A stretch of 43,544 nucleotides of DNA, taken from positions 1 through 43,544 of IMG/VR virus record IMGVR_UViG_3300033406_000015. One strand, written 5' to 3'. Source of the stretch: a virus (taxonomy: Duplodnaviria; Caudoviricetes). How positions within the stretch are numbered: the first letter of the stretch is position 1; each line of letters starts with the position of its first letter. The translations under genes were made by a program, and so were the position numbers. This document shows positions 1 to 7,013 of the stretch, one piece after another. Below the pieces are notes generated by a model that worked only from the letters and a program-made list of their open reading frames with translations, was not told the DNA's origin and made no database searches.

Positions 1-34
1 CTGATTAACCCAGGAAAAAGCCATCCCGAACGGA

Positions 35-40
35 TACAAT
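35..40 (+). promoter_or_regulatory. possible -10 element of the tRNA promoter
   Basis: TACAAT 6 nt upstream of the tRNA 5' end; no clear -35. Confidence 0.35.
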
Positions 41-46
41 GGATGC

Positions 47-122
47 GGCCCTATAGCTCAGCGGTCAGAGCTGGCGGCTCATAACCGCTTGGTCCTCGGT
101 TCGAATCCGGGTGGGGCCACCA
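47..122 (+). tRNA. tRNA with CAT anticodon, most likely tRNA-Ile2 (lysidine type); prophage integration target
   Basis: 76-nt cloverleaf: acceptor GGCCCTA/TGGGGCC, TAGCTCAG D-arm, anticodon arm GGCGG-CTCATAA-CCGCT, GGTTCGAATCC T-arm, encoded ACCA. Resembles the ileX-type sequence as I recall it and lacks initiator features. Confidence 0.93.
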
Positions 123-127
123 AGAAA
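109..127 (+). repeat. attL core
   Basis: GGGTGGGGCCACCAAGAAA, identical to 43418-43436. Confidence 0.92.
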
Positions 128-147
128 TAGCCCGAGAGGGTCCGAAC

Positions 148-190
148 AAGCCCGCAACCAGATGAGAAATCAAAAGGTTGCGGGCTTTTG
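148..190 (+). terminator. phage-supplied hairpin after the tRNA, containing an IHF-consensus site
   Basis: 12-bp inverted repeat AAGCCCGCAACC (148-159) / GGTTGCGGGCTT (176-187) running into Ts; 168-180 AATCAAAAGGTTG fits WATCAANNNNTTR. Confidence 0.6.
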
Positions 191-226
191 CTGTCCGGTG
201 CGGTTCGCCTAAAACCGTTGCCAACC

Positions 227-257
227 GGGGCAACTTTGGGGCAACATTTGGGGCAAC
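227..257 (+). promoter_or_regulatory. putative integrase arm-type binding sites
   Basis: Three GGGGCAAC direct repeats at 11-12 bp spacing; matching TGGGGCA pair near attR. Confidence 0.6.
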
Positions 258-284
258 AGGGGACATGCCCCAAGGAGTTGCCCC

Positions 285-1487
285 ATGCCCCTCTCAGATG
301 TAGTCATCCGTAAGGCCCAAGCTGCGGAGAAGACGATTCGCCTGCACGACGAAAAGGGGCTGTACATGGAAATCTCCCCAAGCGGGGGGAAGTGGTGGCG
401 GTTTAAATATCGCTTTGACGGCAAGGACAAGCGGATCTCCCTTGGGACCTACCCAGAGGTGGGGCTGAAGGAGGCGCGGGAGAAGCGGGACAAGGCCCGG
501 GAGAAGGTGCGCAACGGGATAGACCCCTCTGCTGTCCGCAAGGCGGCGAAGGCAGCCAAGGCAGAGGAAGACTCCTTCGAGACGGTGGCCAGGGAATGGC
601 ACACGAAGCATGGGTCTGCGTGGGCATCCGAGAAGTACCGGGAGGTCACCCTTCGCAGGCTGGAGCTCAACGTCTTCCCTTGGCTGGGCAAGCGTCCGGT
701 CGCGGATATCACCGCCAAGGAACTCCTCGAAGTTCTCAAGCGGGTGGAGGATCGCGGAGCCATCGACACCGCCCACCGGATCCACACCATCTGCGGCCAG
801 GTGCTGCGCTATGCCGTTTCGACAGGCCGGGCGAAGCATGACCCATCCAGGGACATATCAGGCGCGTTGACCCCGCGCCAGCCCACTCATTTTGCAGCCA
901 CCACAGAGCCCAAGCGACTAGCTGAGATCCTCCGGGCGTTGGACGGCTACCCCGGAACGCTTGTGGTCCAGTCAGCCATGAAGCTGGCCCCGCTCCTCTT
1001 TGTCAGGCCGGGGGAACTCCGACACGCCGAATGGAAAGACATCGATCTAGAGAAGGGCGAGTGGCGGTTTCTGGTCACCAAGACCCAGACCCAACACGTC
1101 GTCCCACTCTGTATGCAGGCGGTGGCCATCCTGAAGACGCTCCAGCCACTGACGAACAAAAGTGCCTACGTCTTTCCGTGTGCGAGGAGCATCAAGCGCC
1201 CCATGTCTGATGTGGCGGTACTGGCGGCAATGCGGCGCTCTGATATCGGGAAGGACGAGATGACCGGCCACGGGTTCCGCGCCGTGGCCAGGACCATCCT
1301 CGATGAGGAACTTGGGTTCCGGCCAGACTTCATTGAGCACCAGCTGGCCCACGCCGTGAAAGACCCCAACGGACGGGCGTACAACAGAACGGCGCACCTG
1401 GAGGAGCGCCGCAAGATGATGCAAGCATGGGCAGACTACCTGGACAAGCTCAAGCAGCTGAAGCCCGTGCAGCCTCGAGACGAGTGA
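285..1487 (+). CDS. int: tyrosine integrase, P4-like family with arm-DNA-binding domain
   Basis: N-terminal GLYMEISPSGGKWWRFKYR...SLGTYP; catalytic VRPGEL, HGFR, LAH, AYNR; adjacent to tRNA. Confidence 0.96.
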   Translation: MPLSDVVIRKAQAAEKTIRLHDEKGLYMEISPSGGKWWRFKYRFDGKDKRISLGTYPEVGLKEAREKRDKAREKVRNGIDPSAVRKAAKAAKAEEDSFETVAREWHTKHGSAWASEKYREVTLRRLELNVFPWLGKRPVADITAKELLEVLKRVEDRGAIDTAHRIHTICGQVLRYAVSTGRAKHDPSRDISGALTPRQPTHFAATTEPKRLAEILRALDGYPGTLVVQSAMKLAPLLFVRPGELRHAEWKDIDLEKGEWRFLVTKTQTQHVVPLCMQAVAILKTLQPLTNKSAYVFPCARSIKRPMSDVAVLAAMRRSDIGKDEMTGHGFRAVARTILDEELGFRPDFIEHQLAHAVKDPNGRAYNRTAHLEERRKMMQAWADYLDKLKQLKPVQPRDE

Positions 1488-1692
1488 CGAGCGCCACGAT
1501 TTCGGGCTCGGTCTTCCCGGCGATCCGGGCGGCATTGATCGCCTCAACCTCGTATTCAGGCCAGCCAACAGCATGGCCGCCCAGGGGGACAGGCTTGGTG
1601 AAGAGCCCCGCCTCGATGTCCTCATAGTGGCTGGTCTTGCTTCGGCCCCTGGCCTTCAGGACATCGGGGAGGCGAAGGATGGCGTATTTCAT
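1450..1692 (-). CDS. AlpA-family excisionase/regulator
   Basis: ILRLPDV...SKTSHYEDIEAGLFTKPVPLGGHAVGWPEYEV; start reassigned to ATG 1692 with GGAG SD; converges on int. Confidence 0.88.
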   Translation of the reverse strand: MKYAILRLPDVLKARGRSKTSHYEDIEAGLFTKPVPLGGHAVGWPEYEVEAINAARIAGKTEPEIVALVTRLEAARASAA

Positions 1693-1798
1693 ATCTTCTC
1701 CATGGCGGGTAGCTTTTGCCTTCCGCAGAATTTGTGGAAATGGTGGATGGGTCATGCCACTTCGTAGTCGAGGTTGAAGGTTGAGGCGTGTGCCATGG

Positions 1799-1972
1799 TT
1801 AGGACTCCTCGTAGTAGATGAAGTTCCGGCATTGGCCGTTGGTGATGATGGGGGAGAAGTCCGCGTGAGGTATCGCGTCTCCCTCCCCCTTGTCCATGTG
1901 CCTGGCGCAGACTTCCTTTTGGTGGCAGTCGGAGGCCTCGCACCGGCACACATCGCTAGGGAGCTGGCTCAT
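1799..1972 (-). CDS. small Cys-rich phage protein
   Basis: MSQLPSDVCRCEASDCHQKEVCARH...C; start at 1972 after G-rich SD. Confidence 0.65.
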   Translation of the reverse strand: MSQLPSDVCRCEASDCHQKEVCARHMDKGEGDAIPHADFSPIITNGQCRNFIYYEES

Positions 1973-2195
1973 TCCCCACCCCCTCCCGGCCCAGGGCGGC
2001 GCGAGCCACTCTAACGCAAGCCCATCTCTCAGCCGATTTAGCGTCTCCATTCATGTCTACCGCGTGCTGACGGTTGAGTTCGATGATCTTCTCCAGCGCC
2101 TCGCGGAAGCGGTCACGATCTCGGTGGACGCATGCAGGGCATTCGAGTCCTTCAGGCAGGTAGGCCCTATGTTCCTTGCAGTAGTTGGTCTTCAT
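1956..2195 (-). CDS. small early protein (Cys motif plus REALE...ARAAL helix)
   Basis: Coupled ORF in the leftward operon; CKEH...CPAC; ends ARAALGREG. Confidence 0.7.
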   Translation of the reverse strand: MKTNYCKEHRAYLPEGLECPACVHRDRDRFREALEKIIELNRQHAVDMNGDAKSAERWACVRVARAALGREGVGNEPAP

Positions 2196-2437
2196 TTCGT
2201 CTCCCTCCCCAGGGCTTCGCGAGCAATGTTGCCCATGTCTGGGTGGTGGCGCTTCACCCGGCGGCAGTCGTCGGGGTCGCTGTGGGGGATGCCGAACCGG
2301 TCGTAGTTATCCCGGATGGCGTAGAACTCCAGCGCCTTATAGAGTCGCTCTGCCAGCGCGTAGAAATCGGGGTCAGTCAGTGATTCGCAGGCATCGGCCT
2401 GGAAGCCGATGGACTCTAGGTAATCGGTAAAGCTCAT
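2192..2437 (-). CDS. small early protein
   Basis: ATGA-coupled; LYKALEFYA...AREALGRETK. Confidence 0.72.
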   Translation of the reverse strand: MSFTDYLESIGFQADACESLTDPDFYALAERLYKALEFYAIRDNYDRFGIPHSDPDDCRRVKRHHPDMGNIAREALGRETK

Positions 2438-2649
2438 TTCTCCCTCCCCAGGGCTTCACACTTGCAGGCCCCCAAGGTGATTGACCACGATCCCCACCTG
2501 GGGCTGACGGTGCAGCCGTGGTAGAGCCATTCGCCCAGGATGCGCCCCTTGTCTGGCTGGGGAGTCCTATCGATATCCATGGCTCCCACCACCTCTCCAC
2601 AACGGCACGTTGCGACAAAACCGCTTGGCGCTTCTCGTTTCTTCATCAC
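2434..2649 (-). CDS. small Cys-containing early protein
   Basis: Coupled ORF; CRCG...CKC; ends EALGREK. Confidence 0.68.
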   Translation of the reverse strand: MMKKREAPSGFVATCRCGEVVGAMDIDRTPQPDKGRILGEWLYHGCTVSPRWGSWSITLGACKCEALGREK

Positions 2650-2819
2650 GACCTCCCCAGGGCTTCGCGGAGATAGATGGGCTTCCCGCAGTAAGGGCAG
2701 AACTGGAACCCGTTCTTGCGAACGCCATATCCGTTATCGATTTCGAAGGCGTGGCCGCATTCGGTGTCGTAGACATCAGCTTCGCCACGCATGCGTTCCC
2801 ACTGACAGTTGTCACTCAT
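2646..2819 (-). CDS. 57-aa zinc-ribbon early protein (not in ORF track)
   Basis: Read by hand: MSDNCQWERMRGEADVYDTECGHAFEIDNGYGVRKNGFQFCPYCGKPIYLREALGRS*; fills the gap exactly. Confidence 0.75.
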   Translation of the reverse strand: MSDNCQWERMRGEADVYDTECGHAFEIDNGYGVRKNGFQFCPYCGKPIYLREALGRS

Positions 2820-2822
2820 GCA

Positions 2823-3017
2823 TCACCCCTCAAACTCAGGGAGGGCCTCAAACTCCTCCGCTGTCATCTCGACATCCTCGACAGTAAAGAGGTCCAGATC
2901 GCCCGGTTCCACGTAGTCTCCGATGTAGTTTTCAGCCACGCCCTCTCTGGTCTCCCCCGGCTCGGTAATGAGGTATCCGCTCATCTTGGGGTGAGTGAAT
3001 TTGAGGAATTTAGGCAT
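2823..3017 (-). CDS. small acidic early protein
   Basis: MPKFLKF...EMTAEEFEALPEFEG; start 3017 after G-rich SD. Confidence 0.7.
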   Translation of the reverse strand: MPKFLKFTHPKMSGYLITEPGETREGVAENYIGDYVEPGDLDLFTVEDVEMTAEEFEALPEFEG

Positions 3018-3201
3018 GGCTTCCCCCTTCCAGGGCTTCGCGGAGCCCAGACCACCCGCACTTGAGACACCCAGCCTTGGCGTCATTGTCGTGGGCCTTC
3101 ACGCTGTGGCAGTAGTGGTCCCCGGTGTTGGCCATGAACATCTGTTCTGCTGTCACCGTAACGTCTTCGCTTCCGCATTGAGGGCATCGCAGGTTGTTCA
3201 T
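3010..3201 (-). CDS. zinc-finger early protein
   Basis: CPQCG...CLKCGW; ends GLREALEGGSHA. Confidence 0.72.
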   Translation of the reverse strand: MNNLRCPQCGSEDVTVTAEQMFMANTGDHYCHSVKAHDNDAKAGCLKCGWSGLREALEGGSHA

Positions 3202-3509
3202 TTCGTCTCCCTCCCCAGTGCGGCATACGCGATCAACCGCGCACCATCACCGTCCATCATGTCGGCATCGCCCAGGTCTGCGATTTCTTCCAGCGCCTCA
3301 TGGTAGCGGTCACACTGGGCTTCTAGCCGGGCGTGGTCGTCCGCGACAATATGTGCTGCGGTTGGTGCTTGGATATCGTCACGCCCTGGTGATTCCAATG
3401 GGCCCCGTTTCGTAAGCGTCGGCGTGGGTGGGATTCTGTATCGCCGGGTTGGGTCCTGGTAGCACATGGCCACGGCCTCCCGGATGAGGTCTTGCGGGAG
3501 TCTGGTCAT
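3198..3509 (-). CDS. small early protein
   Basis: Start MTRLPQ at 3509 (ATGA overlap); DRYHEALEEIAD...AYAALGRETK. Confidence 0.68.
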   Translation of the reverse strand: MTRLPQDLIREAVAMCYQDPTRRYRIPPTPTLTKRGPLESPGRDDIQAPTAAHIVADDHARLEAQCDRYHEALEEIADLGDADMMDGDGARLIAYAALGRETK

Positions 3510-3691
3510 TTTGTCTTCCCCCCTTCCATGGCTTCTCGGATTTGGCCCTTGATCCATTCCGATTGCTTCTCCAGATCGGCAATCTGTATGTCCAGGTTTC
3601 CGCGAGCCTCCCGGATGGCGTAGAGGCTCTTGGCCATCATGTCGAGGATCAGGCGGTATTCCATGACTGTGAGGTTCGGTTTGCTCATCAC
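3506..3691 (-). CDS. small coiled-coil early protein
   Basis: Coupled ORF; heptad pattern; ends IREAMEGGKTK. Confidence 0.68.
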   Translation of the reverse strand: MMSKPNLTVMEYRLILDMMAKSLYAIREARGNLDIQIADLEKQSEWIKGQIREAMEGGKTK

Positions 3692-4089
3692 TTCCCCCCT
3701 TCCAGGGCTTCGCCAGCGATGAATGGGTCGCCGTATTCGTCATAGGACACGCCGCGCTTCTGGCTGTTCGGGTCGAAGGTGTCATCGGGGAAAACCTTCA
3801 GGCTGCGGTGCATCGCATCCAGACATTCGGGGTGCATGTGATCGGCCTGGAAGGAGCCATCGATAACGTAGGCGCGATAGGCGGCAGGCTGGCCCATGTC
3901 GATAGGTTCAGGACACCATGAGCAGTCGTGGGTCTTGCGGGTGGCCTTGATGGGCGTCTCGCGGTAGAAGCTCATCACGACCTCCCCAATGATGTGTCGG
4001 TCGTCACGTTCGGGCGTCCAACCCTCCTGCTCGGTCTGGTGCTGGCGCTCGGAAAGCACATCCCGGGCGGCTTGTGTAAGGTTATTCAT
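3688..4089 (-). CDS. chimeric early ORF: truncated AARDVLxER-type domain fused to a Cys/His zinc-finger protein with its own start at 3975
   Basis: N-part AARDVLSERQHQTEQEGWTPERDDRH; internal GGGGAGG SD plus ATG; C-part RKTHDCSWC...HPEC; ends EALEGGK. Confidence 0.68.
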   Translation of the reverse strand: MNNLTQAARDVLSERQHQTEQEGWTPERDDRHIIGEVVMSFYRETPIKATRKTHDCSWCPEPIDMGQPAAYRAYVIDGSFQADHMHPECLDAMHRSLKVFPDDTFDPNSQKRGVSYDEYGDPFIAGEALEGGK

Positions 4090-5074
4090 GCTTCCCTCCT
4101 TCCAGGGCTTCGCGGAGCCCGCATGTGCAGCGGCTATCCGCCTTCATAGACCGACATGACGGCTTATGCGCGTAGATCAGCCAGCCCATCAACCTCTCCC
4201 TCTCCTTCTCGGCTCCCTCCTGGCGGGCGGCGGCGATACTGCGAGACTCCTGCTCAATTCGCCCACGCTCATGTAGGAGGGTTACAAATGCCTCGTCTTG
4301 CCCGATGAGTTCCACCAATTCGTCGAAACAAGTTGGTATCAATCCGCACTTGGTTGCCATATGCGCGATGCGTGGGCCTTGCTTCAGAATCTTGGTGTAG
4401 TTGTCTTCCACCTTGTCCAACGCCTTCCCCAGATCTTCGCACTGCCGGAGTAATGCGTCCCGTTCGGCAATGGCGGCGTATCGATCTGAACGAATGGACT
4501 CGATGGCGCGGGTTGTGAGTTCGGGCCAGTAGTTCCCGTTGAGGCCAAGCTCTACACTGATCCGACCAAGGTAATCCTTGCAAGATTTCAGTTCCGCCTT
4601 GAGCTTGACGGCGATGGTGCGTAGCTGGGTATTCTGCTCTTCCAGGGCTTGGACATAGGCCTGGAACTCATGGGTGTGACGCCCGATCCCAATGGATTTG
4701 GGCATCGTCGGCAGCTCCCCCTCTGCGGCCTCGTAGGCGGCTAGACGGGCGTGAAGGACTCCATTCGCGTCCTCGGAGGTCTGGAGCCTATCGACTAGCC
4801 TTTCAATCTCGGCCCCCTCCGCCTTCAATACTCCCTCCAACCTCTTCACCCTGGCTTCGGCCTGTTCCAGCTTGTCGCGGAGGTTGACCATTTCGAGGTT
4901 GTCCTCGTTATGGTCCGGCGCGGTGCGCTCAAGCAGAAACGTCTTGGCCGTTTCGCAGGGCCAAGGGACGCCGCACACCACGCAAAACCCGGCGATCTTT
5001 CCGTGTTCCGGGTCGTGCTCTTCGTTGCAGCATGCGCGATGCGCCAAGGCTGCAGCCAGTTCAATTGTGCTCAT
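4082..5074 (-). CDS. mosaic coiled-coil early protein
   Basis: Start MSTIEL at 5074; N-terminal Cys cluster, long heptad segments; ends HKPSC...CTCGLREALEGGKHE. Confidence 0.72.
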   Translation of the reverse strand: MSTIELAAALAHRACCNEEHDPEHGKIAGFCVVCGVPWPCETAKTFLLERTAPDHNEDNLEMVNLRDKLEQAEARVKRLEGVLKAEGAEIERLVDRLQTSEDANGVLHARLAAYEAAEGELPTMPKSIGIGRHTHEFQAYVQALEEQNTQLRTIAVKLKAELKSCKDYLGRISVELGLNGNYWPELTTRAIESIRSDRYAAIAERDALLRQCEDLGKALDKVEDNYTKILKQGPRIAHMATKCGLIPTCFDELVELIGQDEAFVTLLHERGRIEQESRSIAAARQEGAEKERERLMGWLIYAHKPSCRSMKADSRCTCGLREALEGGKHE

Positions 5075-5250
5075 GCTGCGCTCCATTCCCCCCACCGCAC
5101 GATGTCGGAGGGGCTGATGTTGGATTTGTGGTAGTGGCGGGCCCACACCCATCCCCCACGCGGCATGCGGCGGCGGTAGATGATGAGGCGGGCCCCGTCT
5201 GTCCGGATCCCAACCACGCGGGTCCCGAACGGTGGGAGGGTGGGCTTCAC
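5071..5250 (-). CDS. 59-aa hypothetical protein (not in ORF track)
   Basis: GTG start, MKPTLPPFGTRVVGIRTDG...WGEWSAA*; 4-nt overlaps at both ends. Confidence 0.55.
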   Translation of the reverse strand: MKPTLPPFGTRVVGIRTDGARLIIYRRRMPRGGWVWARHYHKSNISPSDIVRWGEWSAA

Positions 5251-5480
5251 AGCGCCTCCTCCAGCAACCTCACCGCTGTCCCGATGGCGTGGAACAACTC
5301 ATTCCGAAGATGGTTCCGGGTCTTCGCGGTGGGGTCCATCCGGTGCTTCTCGATGGCCTGGAGGGCTTCCCCCATCTCCTGCACGGCCCCGCTGCGGCGG
5401 TCATCCAGGGATGTTGATGGGTACTTGACGATGGAGTGGGCGATGGTGCTCTGGATGTCTGCGATGGTGGAGGGCTTCAC
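5247..5480 (-). CDS. MazG-like all-alpha nucleotide pyrophosphohydrolase-family protein
   Basis: QEMGEALQAI...HLRNELFHAIGTAVRLLE pattern; GTG start with GGAGG SD. Confidence 0.5.
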   Translation of the reverse strand: MKPSTIADIQSTIAHSIVKYPSTSLDDRRSGAVQEMGEALQAIEKHRMDPTAKTRNHLRNELFHAIGTAVRLLEEAL

Positions 5481-5641
5481 GCGGCCTCCCTGATTCCGCT
5501 CACACGGGGATGCTGCAACCCCTCGGCCAATGCCGCAGCGATGGCCCCGCGTCCCGCCTTCTGGGGGTTCTCGGCGTGGATCTCCATCTCTTGGTCGGGC
5601 TGGTTGGGGTGGCTGATGGTGATGTAGAAGACGCGCTTCAT
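5477..5641 (-). CDS. 54-aa hypothetical protein (not in ORF track)
   Basis: MKRVFYITISHPNQPDQEMEIHAENPQKAG...REAA*; coupled at both ends; IxAExPxKA motif shared with 6083-6265. Confidence 0.6.
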   Translation of the reverse strand: MKRVFYITISHPNQPDQEMEIHAENPQKAGRGAIAAALAEGLQHPRVSGIREAA

Positions 5642-5844
5642 GATGCCTCCGCATATTCGAGGGGCAGGGGCACATCTGATCCGTAGACCTCCCGCATCGC
5701 ACTCTCGTACGCTTGGAGGGCGGCTTCATCCTCCGGTTCCCAGAAGGGCGTCTCGCCCACCTCTGACAGGCTGCGGGAATACCCCTTAAACGCCCTCATC
5801 CGCTTCGCCATCTTGGCGGCGGCGTCCTTGATTGGGTCCGACAT
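5638..5844 (-). CDS. small hypothetical protein
   Basis: GGAG SD; coupled to the downstream gene. Confidence 0.6.
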   Translation of the reverse strand: MSDPIKDAAAKMAKRMRAFKGYSRSLSEVGETPFWEPEDEAALQAYESAMREVYGSDVPLPLEYAEAS

Positions 5845-5847
5845 GTC

Positions 5848-5916
5848 TTACTCCGTCTCTGAGTAATGGGCCTCCAGCACCAGCCAGAAGCCCAGGATTG
5901 CGATGAGGGCGAGCAC
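5848..5916 (-). CDS. putative 22-aa hydrophobic peptide
   Basis: GGAGG SD, GTG start, MLALIAILGFWLVLEAHYSETE*. Confidence 0.35.
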   Translation of the reverse strand: MLALIAILGFWLVLEAHYSETE

Positions 5917-6082
5917 TCGCGCCTCCAGATAGAGCCCCGCCGCAGGGAGCACCCCGCAAGGTGCGCCATGTGATTTCCGCCCTTTTCCATCAGCTCCACG
6001 TCCCAGCAGGAGGTTTCCATCTGCCTTGGTTGTGGGTTGAGAACGGCCCCTGTTGCAGGCACGGCGGGGTGATTGGTTGGGT

Positions 6083-6265
6083 TTAGGCTGCGATCTGAAT
6101 AGCCACCACCTTGCGGATGCGCATCATCCCGCAGCCCACAGCGAGGGCAGAGGCGGTGGCCTTCGCCTTGGCAGGGCTCTCGGCGGTGATGTCGCAGCCG
6201 TAGACGGTGGGCCACCAGGCGGTGTCCTTCTTGTCCGGGTGGACAGTGCAGTGGTAGGTCTTCAT
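6083..6265 (-). CDS. small hypothetical protein
   Basis: AGGAG SD immediately after the annealase stop. Confidence 0.6.
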   Translation of the reverse strand: MKTYHCTVHPDKKDTAWWPTVYGCDITAESPAKAKATASALAVGCGMMRIRKVVAIQIAA

Positions 6266-6275
6266 GGGTGGGCTC

Positions 6276-7013
6276 CTATGCGGTCTTCTTGAGCGCGGCG
6301 GCTTCGAGCTTTACGACGAATGCGGCCAGGGCGGTCAGCACCTTCTCGGCGGGGTCATTGGCCTTGTTGGCGGTCCACTTCTTGGCGAAGTCATCGTATT
6401 TGTCCAGCTGCCCAGCCTGCTTGAATGCCTGGTAGGCCCGGTCCAGCGAGAGGACGAATTCATCCTGTGCATCCAGGTCCCAGCCGTTGGTGTTGGACTC
6501 CTGCTCCTGGGTCCTCGCTTCCGGCGCGGCTCCCTTCGGCTCATCGCTCTCCGGATGGAGGTCGCCCTTGTGCCACAGGTCCAGAGCGGCACCAAAGCGC
6601 ATGGCGGCGTTGCGGAGGGCGTCACCGATGCGCTCCTTGGTGGCACTGGGTCCGGTCTTGCCCTCGGCGTCCCCGTAACCGATGCGGGTCATCCCGCAGA
6701 TGGTCAACTTGATCCACATGCCGCCAAAGGCGTCCAGCCGGGGGAACCCAACCTCATCGAAAACCATGGGTTCCCAGTTCCAGCAGGGGTCGACATCCAG
6801 CAGCCGGTCCGTCAGGGCAGCGTGTCCCACATAATCCAGATGGACCACCTTGGGGTGGTGCCAGGTGCCGCAGAGATCGCAGCGGATGCCCTTCTTGTAG
6901 TCGGCCTTGATCTCGTCCGTCTGGGCCTTGGTCGGCTTGGGGAGCTTGCTGATCTGGTGGGGCTCAAAGGGAGCCCGGAGCTTCTTGAGGGCTTCGATCT
7001 GTTCCTGGTTCAT
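6276..7013 (-). CDS. Rad52/Sak-like single-strand annealing protein
   Basis: LRAPF...LDYVGHAALTDRLLDVDPCWNW...KERIGDALRNAAMRFGAALDLW. Confidence 0.8.
   Translation of the reverse strand: MNQEQIEALKKLRAPFEPHQISKLPKPTKAQTDEIKADYKKGIRCDLCGTWHHPKVVHLDYVGHAALTDRLLDVDPCWNWEPMVFDEVGFPRLDAFGGMWIKLTICGMTRIGYGDAEGKTGPSATKERIGDALRNAAMRFGAALDLWHKGDLHPESDEPKGAAPEARTQEQESNTNGWDLDAQDEFVLSLDRAYQAFKQAGQLDKYDDFAKKWTANKANDPAEKVLTALAAFVVKLEAAALKKTA

Noticed and set aside
47-122. Initiator or elongator tRNA-Met
   Set aside because: Has a G1-C72 pair, so not an initiator; overall sequence resembles Ile2. Elongator Met cannot be fully excluded without a covariance-model score
285-1692. P4-like satellite or PICI
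   Set aside because: The element encodes its own full head, tail and lysis modules within one att pair
1956-4120. True integron with attC sites
   Set aside because: Junctions lie inside coding sequence, are direct repeats without attC-type hairpins, and the integrase is P4-like rather than IntI-like
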